From: Schmidtea polychroa | Lineage: Eukaryota | NCBI GenBank assembly: GCA_044892525.1 | Contig: CM097885.1 | Span: forward strand, 194,246,001-194,310,000 | DNA length: 64,000 nucleotides | Reading direction: 5' to 3' | In this document: positions 1 through 12,617 of the stretch, in pieces | How positions within the stretch are numbered: the stretch's first letter is position 1 | Layout of the letters: each line of letters starts with the position of its first letter | Notes under the pieces: generated by a model | Told to the model about the DNA's origin: nothing | The model's database searches: none | Seen by the model: the letters and a program-made list of their open reading frames with translations, nothing else | Position numbers and translations under genes: made by a program

Positions 1-2029
1 TATAAATTTTTTATGGTTCAAATTATTATTTATATCAGTAAATATTTTTTGAAAACTTCATTAATACATTTCACTACTAAATGGAGTTCATAACTTCTAT
101 AAGACCTCAACTACTAAGTAAAACTCTTCATAAAATTTATGAAAAAAATAATTTCAATTTTTATACATGTTTTTCAAAAATCGCTATATTTTAAAGAGTT
201 TTATTCTTAACTGATATATTATATATTTTTAATTTTATTTAATTTAATTAGTGAATCTCAAATATTAACTTTTCGTTAACTTTTCGACGTCAAAATTAGT
301 GTTCATCAAAATCAAATATTATAGACGTTCTCCTTTTTCAAATCTATGGCAATTAACGCTAGTTGAAAATAAAATTGCAAATTCCATCTATCAACTTGCA
401 GTATGGATATCGAAATTAATCAAATCAGTCAAACTGAACCCTATTTTCTGCCAACGGAATCATCCTTTCTAACGTCAATGACTAATAACTAAATCATATC
501 ATCATTAAATACTGACAATGAAATTCTGTGTGTAACATAATTACTAACTATTCTCACTATAACAATCTTTCTCATTCTCATCATCATTGTGTTAATTGAA
601 TTTCGAACAATACCCAAATCTTCTACGAATCGATTCGAGATTGCGAGACCTTGATGAAGTAGTAGTAGTATAGTACTAATAATTTAAAGATATAATCAAT
701 ATTTTATTTCATTTTATTTTTTTGTGAATCTGCACTTTTCAATGTGAAAAGAAAGCATCAATTTGATTGGTTATTTAAGAGGGAGAGAAAATGGTTGAGG
801 AAAATTTCATAAGGGTATTGTTGGGGTTAAACAGGAGAGGCACAAAAATGAGGTGAAAATCGATATAAATCGATAAATTCAAAATAAAAATTTAAAGTAC
901 AAAATATTAATTAAAAATCAAAAGAATTTTAAAAATGAATAATTTCCGGGGGAAACTAGTATGGGCGAATGCTAAATGATGAGACGAGTTGAACTATAAT
1001 AAAATAAAATCAATGGGGGGTCCCTAAAATGAATAAATTACAAAAAACAAAAAATTAATTAAAAATTAATTAACTAATGAGAAACCCGAGTTAATAGAGA
1101 ACCCGAGATAATGGGAAACCCGAGACAATGGAAAATCTGAGTGATTTGAGAAAACCTGAATTAGCAATCCAATTTAGGGAAGGCAATTAAATTAGCTGAA
1201 TAAAGTAAAAGTGACGCGAGCTGTCAAAGAAAAATAGGCAATTTCCTTAAATTGAATTAGAGCTACAAGAGAAAGCCCGGGGGGAAGTTAGATCCAAACT
1301 AATTTGTGAAAATAAAGTCAATTACCAAGTGGATATAAAAACAACTGGCAAGAAAACAAAACTTCCAGTTAGTCGAAGAAAAGAAAATAGAAGTTTGACG
1401 AGAGCGAAAAAGGAAACATTAAAGTTAGTAGAAAATGAATAATTTAAAAATCGAACGTAACAGGAAGGGACATTACCCGTTTGAAGATCTATCCCTGCGT
1501 GAGATTTGTTGGCAAATTGAAAAGTGCAGACAAAACCTGATTGTAACTGCATCAGTGTTAAATAAAGATTTTGTGTTGGGTCGTTTATTTATTTTGAAAA
1601 GAACACAAAGGAGTCAGATCGTAGTACCGACTTACATTAAAAACCCAACCTATTTGGTGAGCTCGACGTGATCAAAAGTCGGTGAAAATTTGTTGAAATT
1701 TTAATATTATTTGATTGATATATCGAAAATTACCGAAGGGATAAAAATATCGGTGAAAATTTGTTGAGATTGGTAAAGTATTGAAAAATTGGAAAAAGAT
1801 AACAATTAATTAAATAAATAAATATTGAAGTGAAAAGTTTATTTGAAAGTGGTGAACATTATCGGAGAATTATTAAAGTGGTGATTTTATTATTGAAGCA
1901 AAGTGAAAAATTTGTGGAAATTGATTGTTGTCAAAATTGGTTGTTGTCAAGTCAAAATTAAAACGAAAGGTAAATTTTGTAATTGTAACACTTTAAATTT
2001 TAGACGAGTGAAACCTGTGTTGACCCGAT

Positions 2030-3290
2030 CATTTTATAAATTGAGAAGCCAAAAACTAGTAGAGAATATAATTAGTACCCAAAGACTAACCAATAATACA
2101 AATAACAATGACGAAACACCTGTGTCCACGGTGGCAACGGCAAGGAAGGCAATGATTATGAGAGTTGACAAAAACTACCTGTAGATCAGTACGGTGGAGA
2201 TCCGCTGGAATTTGTCGACTTTATGGCAGATTATTATATGTATGCGACAGCCTATGGATGGAGCCAATCGATAATGGTGCAAAGATTACTACTATACCTG
2301 AAAGGAGCAGCCAGAGAGGCGTGGCAACAAATTGATAAAAGATTAGTAGCAAATGACTGGACTAAGTTGAAAGATGCACTAGCCACGAAATTAATAGGAG
2401 GAGATATAAAACGGATAATGCGGCAGAAATTCTATAACCGCATACAAAAACCAGAAAAATCGGTTTGCTTATCATTTATCAACTCTTGCAGAGAAAGCAT
2501 TCGATGTGAAACCAGAACAGGCAGAGATGGCAAAGCAGGTAAAAAAAAACTATTGCGAGATCAATTTTTGTCAGGAGTAAAGAAAGAAATTAAAAAAACT
2601 TTATGTTATGTTGATTTTAATGACTTTAATGAATTGATTAAAAAGGCTATGAAAATTGAGCTAAATTTAAAAAGCACACAGTCGAAATCAGAATCGTTTG
2701 TAGTCATTTCAGGCTCAAGCGAAAGATCAATAACTCCAATTAGAAACAATCGTTTTCAACAAACAAGTAGTCCTTCACAAAAATTTAAATCCAAATTTGA
2801 TTCGAACAAGTCGACAGATATTCAAATAGATGGAAAGGAAGGTCCTTTCCAATGTAGTCATTGCCAAAGGATTGGACACCATGTTAACCAATGCTGGTTT
2901 AAAAATAGAGTACAAAGAATCCCAATTCCGATTCAATGTGATAATTTCCAAAAAATGGGACATGGCAGCAATTAATGTTGGTCCAAAAATAACGTACAAT
3001 GTAGTCCAAGGCAAATGTGGCCCGATTGATTAAAAGGAAATGGTGGGAAAAGTTTCACTAAAGCGAACATTAATGATCAGAGAACTAATGATAACTTACA
3101 ATGCTATAATTGCGGAAGAAAAGGGCATTTGTCACGAAATTGTTTTGCCAGGTCAAGATCAACATCAAGATCACCATCCCCGCAGGGAGATAAAGTAAAT
3201 CTACAAGGACAAATTCAATGCCATTCATGCAGAGGTTATGGACGCATGGCCAGATCATGTCCAAGAAATATGGATAAATTTCAAAGGCCA
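2030..3290 (+). pseudogene. gag: Retrotransposon Gag (capsid-like N-terminus plus four CCHC-type zinc knuckles), frameshifted
   Basis: YKLRS-like start; LPVDQYGGDPLEFVDFMADY..YGWS..RLLLYLKGAAREAW capsid-like segment; knuckles CSHCQRIGHHVNQC, degenerate CDNFQKMGHGSN*C, CYNCGRKGHLSRNC, degenerate CHSCRGYGRMARSC; split across frames near 2184-2223 and 2975-3100. Confidence 0.8.
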
Positions 3291-4881
3291 ATATTAAAAA
3301 AGTCGATTAGGTTTCAGAGTGACAAACCGCAGATGGATAATTTAGCTTTTATTCAGCCAGATAATTTTAATGAAAGAATTGAAAGCGAAGTGCGAGAAAT
3401 GAATCGACATTTGGATCGATTGATGTCAAAGTTTGAATCAGAAGAGGACTACAATAATCACATGATGTATGAGTCGCAAGAAGAATTAAATGAAAAAGAG
3501 TCGAAAAGGAGAGTTATAAAAGATGATTTAGAAAATGAAAAAGCAACAATGGTAATGACAAGAATTGAAAAATTAATTGGAAATAATGAAAAAGAGTCGG
3601 TTAAAATAATTAAATCGTTAAGAGAATTAAGTCAAATATCTTTGAGTATGAGAAAGATAAAAATTGTAATTAGCTTGTGCGTTAACTATTATAATATGAA
3701 TCCAAAGTATAAAAACGAAATTAAAGAATTAATGAAAATATTTGGAAAACTTTGAGAGAGAAAACAGGTTAGATTTTATTTTTGTGGAAGTAGTAAATGA
3801 GATTGATAAAAGTGTATTCTGTAAATGATTTAAAGAATAAATTAAAAGAAAAAAAGGAAGGATGCATGATAGAGGTGAGATTTAATGAGAGATTGTTAGA
3901 AAATAACGAATTTTTGGTAGATTGCGAATTTATACCAGGAAGTAGAAATGAATTAAAAATGGAAAATGTAGTTAGTAGTGATGAAATTAGCATGAGTATT
4001 GAAATAATAGACAAAAGGAATTCAAGGGAGATATTAGAGGAATTAAATGATGCGTTATATATTGGAGATGAAGACGAAATCAATGAGAAGTTACAGATTA
4101 TTGAGAAATTAGAAATGGAGGAAAACAATAAACTAGAAATAGTGAATGCAATACGACCATATTTACAAGTGAAAACCAGATATGCTAAATTGTTACGAAG
4201 TTTATTGCAAAGATTGTGCAAGGAGCTCAGAAAGGCAAGAGTACAGTTAAAGCCATTTTTGATAGTATTAGATTATGAGGGATATGGAAAAACGGAATAT
4301 GTAGATGAACATTGGTGTGCAAAGGTCCGAAAACTTCGCAAGAGAGCTGCTGAAACGATGGCGAAAGATGGAATTATTATAGTAATGTACAAAGGTGAAG
4401 AACTTGACGATGATGAATAATTATATGATTGTGAATGTGTACCACAAGAGCTGGATGAAAATGGATATTGAGTCTAACAAGCCTGACACAGAGGAACAAG
4501 GTGAAGAAGTTAATGGAAATAAAAGAAATTGATGAAATCGTTAGTGATGATGAGCAGAAAGATCTTGATAACAAAGATCAGTCCACAGAAACTGACGTAC
4601 AAGGAGAGCCACTTGTACCTGAAGGCAAAATAAATGGTGAAATCAAAAATAAGAAAGTTAGAACTTTATATGAAATAAAGAAATATTTAGTGAGGCTAGA
4701 ACAAGATGTCGACGAAACTAAGCAAATGTTGAAACATCTCGTCAAAACAGTATATCCAATGTTCGAAATAGAAATAGAGGTAGAGGATGAACTGAAAGAA
4801 GTAGTTAAAGAGATGAAGAATAGGCTTCCTGAAGTGATACAGAAATTTGGCGAAGAGAATACATTTGTGAGAGATCAGTAA
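3291..4881 (+). pseudogene. Unknown acidic/coiled-coil ORF segments between gag and env (rest of 3129-3755, 3797-4420, 4468-4881)
   Basis: Three consecutive E/K-rich open frames of 137-208 aa; no protease, RT or integrase motif recognised. Confidence 0.45.
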
Positions 4882-5110
4882 TTGAAAATTTGACAAAAAA
4901 TGAAATTAATAAGGAAGTTATAATAATAGCTTTAACTTATGTTGTTTTAGAAATTGGAACGCATGCGTTTGCCAAGTCAGACAAGTTAGAAAATTTGATA
5001 GACATCGCTACCCGGCTAGTAAACTAATATCTAATGAACTGGGTAAAGGAAAAGGTAGTTGGAAAACACTGTGTTCATCTCTAACTGAAAAGAAAAATGA
5101 GAAGCAAGAA

Positions 5111-6817
5111 ATGAGTCCACCACAAAGACGAGTAAATGAAAGACTTAGGCCAGAACTAAGAAAAACTATGATATTTTCATGGGCGATGTTTATGGTAATT
5201 ACGTTTTGTATAGTAATTACACAGACATCATCTTTAGTTGCGTACGATTGTTCCCAAACTGAAATGAGGAAAATTTATTCAGTGGTAGATATGTCGGAAT
5301 GCCCAGGTGCGTATTCATGTGTATAATGAGTCTGATTTGCGAAGAATCCAAGTGAGAGAGCGTATTGTCAAACTTACAACATTTGTATTCTATTGTGGCA
5401 AATGGAGCCATACGTCACTCATAAAAATGCATGCGATACCTAGGCCAGTCGAGGTGCTTCCAGAAAACTGTCTAGCAGTATTTCAAACAGGAAAATTAAA
5501 AATAAGTCCAGAAATTCGTTTAAAGGCAAATTGAACCATAGAATAAGAGACAAATAATTGTAAAGGAAGTTATGAAAGCAAATGACGATTGCGAAAGTGA
5601 ACCATATAAAATGAATGGTAATATTGTTCAGCGAACGGTTGTGCTGGAAAAATATCTCACGGAGTTGAGAGAGTTCGAAGGAGCTTTCGATAATGATACG
5701 GGAAAATTACAAACTCATCCATTCTGTAATATGAAACAAACACATTGTCAAACAGGGAATCGATTCTTGTTTATAATGTCGAAACAAATAAGTGTAAGTT
5801 AGCGCACTTAAAAACTATGAACTTTAAAAAACTAGTAGGAGAACATTTTAGAGATAAACCAGATAATTCCAATGTGAATTATAGACCAAATAATACCATT
5901 AAATCAACCCCAGTATGGACAAAACAAATGGGAACAATTTTAATGTCTACGTTACCAGCAGATGGAATGCGATTTATAAAAAAGGAAATCACAAATAAAT
6001 GTGGTTGAATGGTATATGCAACAAATTATAAAGGTGTTTACGTGTCTAGAAATGTTGTGGAAGAAGCAAAAATTAAAATTCATAAAGATGACATTAAACT
6101 TACTCATTATTTTAATAATAAAATTGATTATTTGTTTCATTTTAGTCTAAACATCATGGAAAATGTATATAGAGAAATGATTCTGAACGATTGCAAGTTA
6201 AATAAATAGATTCTCCGAAATCGGATGGCGATGGCAATTACAAATCCAAATTTAGTAGCACCTATGTTAATATCAGAAAATGGAGTGTTTGCGAGAATAT
6301 TTGGAGAAGCGTTATACAGTTACAAATCCAAAGAAGTCACAGTGAAAATTGCTAAATACGAAAAATGTACGAACGAATTACTACTAAGCCTTAGGGGAAA
6401 AGTACGATTTATGGAACAGATAACTAGAATCTTGCTTGATGAACGAATTAAACCAAAGATTTTGCAATGCAATCGATTATTAGCCCCTTTATACCGATTA
6501 GCTACAGATTCATGGATAGCCTTAACAGATTATCGTGGGGTCAAGACTTCAGACAAACTAGAATTAACAAATTTAGAATACCTGATAAATTTCACATCAC
6601 TAAACAAAATGGCACAAATGGATTTGTATGCGAGCGAAGATATCAAAGAAGCTCAAAGGAATTTGTTTTTCCATCCAAGAACGAACGGATAATTTCAGAA
6701 ATGATTGACACGGTATTACCGAATGGAGAAGGTACAGTAAATTATGAAAATTTGCTAACACCTGATCATTTCAAACGAGCCACATACAAAACGATGGAAA
6801 AATGTTGGAGACGGTAA
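5111..6817 (+). pseudogene. env: Chuvirus/gB-type (class III) envelope glycoprotein, disrupted and truncated before its TM helix
   Basis: Signal-peptide-like FSWAMFMVITFCIVITQTSS followed by AYDC; shared with env at 53184-54992: YFNNKIDY, NDCKLN, TNP.L.AP, KCTNEL, ITRIL, LELT.LE; several stops and frameshifts. Confidence 0.8.
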
Positions 6818-8008
6818 CCACCGAAGGGCTAATATATGAGCGGGAAGAAACAATAATTCAGTATCGACATGGAACCAAACAATTGGAAATAAAAATGAAT
6901 TAAATTATATATATATTATATTTATAAAAAATAAATAATATTGAACTCGCGTTGTCTCATTTATTAATTAGTAGCTCATCAGTAAAACCCCAAATGGAAA
7001 AATGGTTAAAAAAATAAAATAAATAAATAAATGGGTAAACAATTAAATAAAACTTCATTAACATATCATTAATAATAAATAACAACAAACACATTCCTAA
7101 TTGTCGGAGTTTGGCTACCCTGGATAACAATTGGAAATGTGCGGTTGTCAGTAGCCACAGTGTGGTGTTAATTATAAAATAGTTAAATAAATAATAGCTT
7201 TTCATCCGACATTAATAGAATTTTTATAAAAAACAATAGATTGTAAGAGGTGTGAACTGCCTGTATCGTCCATGTCAGGGGTCGGCTTTGTTGGACTTCC
7301 GTCACAAAATCATGCCACTGCGATGAAATAGTTTAGGAAAAGCTCTTTTAGAAATTTAATTTCAATAAAATTTTGTTCTTGTGAACAGCAAAAATTAAAT
7401 AATGAATACGAAATAAATATTGACGTATTAGATATATATCGGAAATCTTTAAATATAACGTTTAAAAATACAAAGTATCAAAAAATAATAATATAAAATT
7501 TTCTAACATTTAAATATTTTAAATCGATTTAATTAATATATTATTAAAATATATAGATAAATATTTATCAGCTAATAATTATGGATAAATTTAAATAATT
7601 ATATGTTCAGTAAAAGTACTAACTTCATAATTATTTTTAATAATTTAATGTTGAAAAAAAAATAAATACAAAATTCAAATTGCTATGAACGTACTAATTA
7701 TGTCTTTATAATTTATAATTTAAAGAGACTCAACTAATAAAATGAATTAGAACTGTCAAAAAAGATAAATTATTCAGTTAAATAATACTACAAATAATGA
7801 AAGCAGATATTAAAAGTAATCTTACCTTTTGTAATTTAAGAGTTGAGTAATTTTGATTAGAATGCCGTCTAAGATATTTTGAACAAAAAGTCCTGGTCGT
7901 TCAAAAACACGAATCCAAACAAATATTACTATCGAATCAGTGATAAGTCAGTGATGAAGTCTTTGTTATCATCATCTTTGAGACAGATTGCATTTTATTT
8001 TACAACAT

Positions 8009-10107
8009 TAGTAGTAAGATGTGAGGACTCCAACGCATTTTCAAGGTCATCCCAATGTCTAGATTAAATATAAGTCAATTTTTATTTATTTATTTTTTAT
8101 TTTATTTATTTATTTTAATTTTTTTTTCTAATTTAATTTTTAATTAATTATTTAATTATTTATCTATTTATTTATTTTTTTTTAAATTAATTTTTAATTA
8201 ATTATTTAATTATTTATTTTTTATTTTATTTTTTTTTTAAATTAATTTTTAATTAATTATTTATTTATTTTTTTATTTTTTATTTTTTAATAAATAATAA
8301 TACTAAAATAATTTACCGTTCTTTCCTGCCAACATGGCGCGTAAAATTTGATTTTGTTCTGTGTCCATTTTGAAAATTAGCGATTTGAAAATTTGATTTT
8401 GTAAAAATATTTTTTAAAAGTGACAAATTTGAAAATTCTAAAGGCTTATATAGAAAATGAATATTTTCCTGTCAAATCAAAATCAAGGAAGGAATAGGAA
8501 AATAATAAATATATTACGTTGCTGTATTTTAAAACTTCAATATATTTTAAAAACACATTTTGACGCTAAAGTTATTTAACAAAGACATAATAAAACTAAA
8601 ATTATTAGATTAAAGATTCAATGGCTAAAACAAAATATATGAGATAGGGAATACATTAGATATTTGATAGTCAAATCTTCTAGAAATTATAACTATTCAT
8701 TGATGTATTTATCAACAAAACATTAAAATAGATTAAAAACATCAAAATTTAAAACAAAACGAGTGGGCAGATAAAATTATATTCAGACTAATTGTTAGAA
8801 AATTAAATTTTATATATTAATGATTATACTAAAAATTCTTTAAAACTATGAAAAATTGATGAAAAATTCAAATTTACGATAAAAAAATAATATATGACAT
8901 ATACCAATTCTAATCAAATAATTTATTTTTAAATAAAGTTGTAACATGTGAATAAAATATTCTAAAAAGATATTTTAACTATAAAATAACAATTTATCAT
9001 ACAAAACATACGTGTAACACATAAAAACACGAATCAATCCATTAAAATTAAATTTTAACTATACATTATGTAAATATAAACTTTAAAAGTTACTTTAACC
9101 ATGTAAAAAAAACAAATTTTTCGTAAAATTATGTGTGTATTACACACAAAACAAGATACATAATTTTTAATCAATTCATTTTATCTACATTATACATGAA
9201 TAAAATCGCAAGAAAAATACGCCAACCCTATGAAAAATACAAATTTATCGTAAAAGCATGTGTGCATTACACAAAAAGCAACAAACTGAAATTATAATTC
9301 CAGCTGCTTGTAGAGAATTAAATTCTGACTATACATGGTTACACTTAAATCCCGATCGAACCTGTGAAAAGGGTCAAAAAAGAGAAAAAAACAGTTTAGT
9401 ATATTTAAAATATTTAAACAAATACATTAAAACAAAGATATTTAAACAAAGACATTTAAACAAATATTTAAACCAAGACATTTAAACAAAAACATATAGA
9501 CAATGACACATCGTTTAAAGGGGGGTACTTCTTTTTTTTGCAAACCTTGTGTATGACTCATCGATGACTCATCCTTTTAGAACAGAGACCAATCATTTAT
9601 TTTACACGATTCATCATCTACTTTTAAGAACAAAGACTTCTTCTTTAGTAAACCAAAAATAAATANNNNNNNNNNNNNNNNNNNNNNNNNNNNNNNNNNN
9701 NNNNNNNNNNNNNNNNNNNNNNNNNNNNNNNNNNNNNNNNNNNNNNNNNNNNNNNNNNNNNNNNNNNNNNNNNNNNNNNNNNNNNNNNNNNNNNNNNNNN
9801 NNNNNNNNNNNNNNNNNNNNNNNNNNNNNNNNAATTAATAAATAATTAAATAATTTATTAAAAATTAATTTAGAAAATAAAAATTAAATAAAATAAAAAA
9901 AATTTTTTTTTATAAAATAGATAAATAACTAAACAAAAATTGAATAAAAAATTTTTAAAAAAATTAAAAAAAACAAATTAATTAAATAATTAATAAATAA
10001 AATAAAAAATTATATAAAAAAAATAAATAAATAAAAATTGACTTATATTTAATTTAGACTTTGGGATGACCTTGAAAGTGCGTTGGAGTTCTCACATCAT
10101 ACTACTA
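8009..10107. mobile_element. Foldback/MITE-like element with ~280-bp imperfect terminal inverted repeats, spanning gap 1
   Basis: 8009-~8300 (TAGTAGTAAGATGTGAGGACTCCAACGCATTTTCAAGGTCATCCCAA...) matches the reverse complement of 9833-10107; both ends carry TA. Confidence 0.6.
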
Positions 10108-10521
10108 TTAATATTTCACATTATTAAAACGATCACTCTTGCAGTGCATCCAACCAAAGTCAAACATCGCAGCTGACTCGGGCCGAGCGAACAAAGAAAC
10201 GCAAGATATTGCAAGCCGAGCGAGAGGCAAAAATGATCGCTGATAACGTTTAGACGGCTGTACAAGCTTAATCTGTAGCGTCAACTGTGCCAGCATGTCA
10301 ATTTCGTGTCGTGTCACCTTTAAGCACACCTTGGGAGGAGAACGCTACCGATTTCTTCAGTCTTGAAGAACTATTTGCCGAAAAGACATTATCTACCATA
10401 TGAATAGCTAATACGCGCATCACTATGTTAATGTCTAAACTGAGGAAATCATTTCATGTAGTTCTTTCATTTCTGTTTATATTTTTGTCTGAATTTAGCT
10501 GTAAAATTTCATCTGTTATAC

Positions 10522-11186
10522 CAGTGGTGGATGAAGATTTTGGTGCGTGGGGGCGAGGAAAATTTTCAGGGGGCGCCACAAATTATGAGAATGTACTACT
10601 TATTTTCGCGAGTATTGAGTGAATACTAATATTATTAAAAAGCATTATATTCAGTAAATTTATTCTAGTAAATTTATTGATGTAACAAACATACAAGTTT
10701 ATTTATTATTTAAATTGCTTTCTGCGTGATTTCATTGAAGCAAAACGATTTACAGTCGATTCAAAGTCAATGTTCTCAGCCAGTTCGCGTTCTATTGAAA
10801 TTAATGCTAATTGTTGTCATTGTTGATCGCAAATAATTTTTGAGGATTTTCAGTCTACTGAAACTTCTTTCAGCAGTAGCAGATGTAACAGGAAGAATCA
10901 AGTATATTTTATAGAGAATTGCCAAATTGGGAAGTCCTGGCGCCATCTGTTTTTCAACCAAGAAAGGCAGCACCTCTTTAAGTTGTAGTTCACAAGATAG
11001 TAATGGGCGTATTGATGCATACACGTATTTGAAAGTATCATATTCTAGGATTGTTTTTTCAATATTAATATCGTTTTTGTAAATGTCGCATAAATTTTGA
11101 CTGGAGAATAAAGCAACAGTGTTATGAAAATCATTAAAACGTTAACGACTCGCCCCCCCCCACGCCTATAGCTAAATCCGCCACTG
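10522..11186 (-). mobile_element. Non-autonomous hAT element retaining the C-terminal dimerisation-domain coding sequence
   Basis: TIRs CAGTGG(T/C)GGAT; perfect 8-bp TSD TGTTATAC (10514-10521, 11187-11194); LPVTSATAERSFSRLKILKNYLRSTM. Confidence 0.9.
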
Positions 11187-11573
11187 TGTTATACCTATGT
11201 GTTATATACAATAATATGGTCTTACTTGGAATTTGAGTTGACTTCAATGTTTATGTAATACCTTTTTTGTTGATTAATTGTCGATTCTCGCGTCTGTGTG
11301 CGCTTTGTAATTGGTTTTGGAGGTTTTTTGTGTGCGCACACAGACGCGGAGAATTGTGAATATGATTATGATTTATTTTGAGTTTTGATTGGATGAAATG
11401 TTTTGTGTGTTCTCTGCTGGATTCGAATTTTCTGGATTGTATCGGTTTTAGATTGTTAGAGTGAGTTTGGAATCTTGAGTTGTTTTCGAATTTTTGAATT
11501 CCTGTGTTTTTGCAAAATATATGATTAAAATCGAGTTTTTGGGACTTCTTCTATGGATTTAATTACTAATCGA

Positions 11574-12066
11574 ATGACCATGCTGGTCAATGCAACAGGG
11601 ACGTTCACATATCTCAGGATGGTAAATGTGTGACGTGCACGGATGGATTTATTGAAAGACTTGAATCTGATAACTCAATGGAAAATAATGATGATGCCTT
11701 GAATGTTTCTCATATTATTCGTCATATTCCTGTTGGAAATACTACAAATGAAACTCATGGTTCCTTTTGTATGACTCCAAGAGATCCTGATAACTTTAAT
11801 AGTGTTTTTGGACAACTAATATCAAATTTATTTGGTGGATTGCTGCCGCAGGATTTTAGATCCAATTCGTCAGATTACATGTTTTCAGATCAAAGTTTTG
11901 ACAAGTGTGTAACGAGTATTAAGAATCAATTTGAACAAAATGGTCCTCCACTAGCAAATGAGGCAGATATTGAGAAATTACAAGTCAAGAAAATCACCGC
12001 AGCTAATGATACAGGTTTCAGTTGTCTGTCAGATTATGTGGTGGCCGATGAAGTGTACAAGTTGCT
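11574..12066 (+). pseudogene. RNF126: RNF115/RNF126-like E3 ligase copy, intronless, with the RING-H2 domain truncated
   Basis: N-terminal zinc ribbon CNRDVHISQDGKCVTCTDGFIERL; DYMFS..FD..VTSIKNQFEQNGPPLANEADIEKLQ resembles the pre-RING segment; similarity stops at DEVYKLL before the expected LPCxHxFH. Confidence 0.7.
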
Positions 12067-12617
12067 CCGTCGAGAAACGCGGACGATTACTAAGACGATA
12101 CTAAGAACCAAGTTGGAAACCCTTAGGGAGAGAGGAGTTAAGGCCTAAGCTTTAATGAACAAGACGAGACGTAAGTCTTTCTATAGGCCGTCAGAAAAGG
12201 GGTAAGTCGAAATATGGTAAAAGAGTAGTCCTAAAGCAGGGACTAACCTGTTTCAACATATTTCGCCGTCATGACACAATAGCAACATGATGCGGATCAT
12301 GTGTGTCATGACATGAGAACGATCGTGTGGGTTTCAACTAGTGATCGACAACCGAAATTAGTATTCTGAGTAAACGACCTTCATCCCCTGGAAAAGCGAA
12401 TAGAAATTGAGTCGACCTATTAGTGCCCCAACAAGCATTAGAAAATAATATCTGGAATTCTTGAATGTTACATAGAAATATTTGTATTAATTAATTAGAG
12501 AAAGCTTAAGAGAATTTTTATTCGAAAAATTAATCAAAACTACTGATAAACATAAAAGATAGTAACATCTAAAGATAGCAATTGTTGATCATAAAATTTG
12601 TAATGAAAAATAAAAAA

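Larger units (their letters stand above)
700..7200 (+). mobile_element. Degenerate env-bearing Ty3/gypsy-like retroelement lacking pol (gag - unknown ORFs - gB/chuvirus-type env); boundaries approximate, no LTR pair found
   Basis: Fragmented gag with CCHC knuckles, then acidic/coiled ORFs, then a glycoprotein alignable by eye along its length to the env at 53184-54992. Confidence 0.7.

Noticed and set aside
7242-7306. TGT...ACA segment as the 3' LTR of the first element
   Set aside because: Only 65 bp, no partner copy at the 5' side, no TSD and no clear polypurine tract.
7825-8335. Small spliced gene on the minus strand (MLAGKN micro-exon at 8335-8317, donor near 7825)
   Set aside because: The candidate exons could not be joined into an open, recognisable frame.
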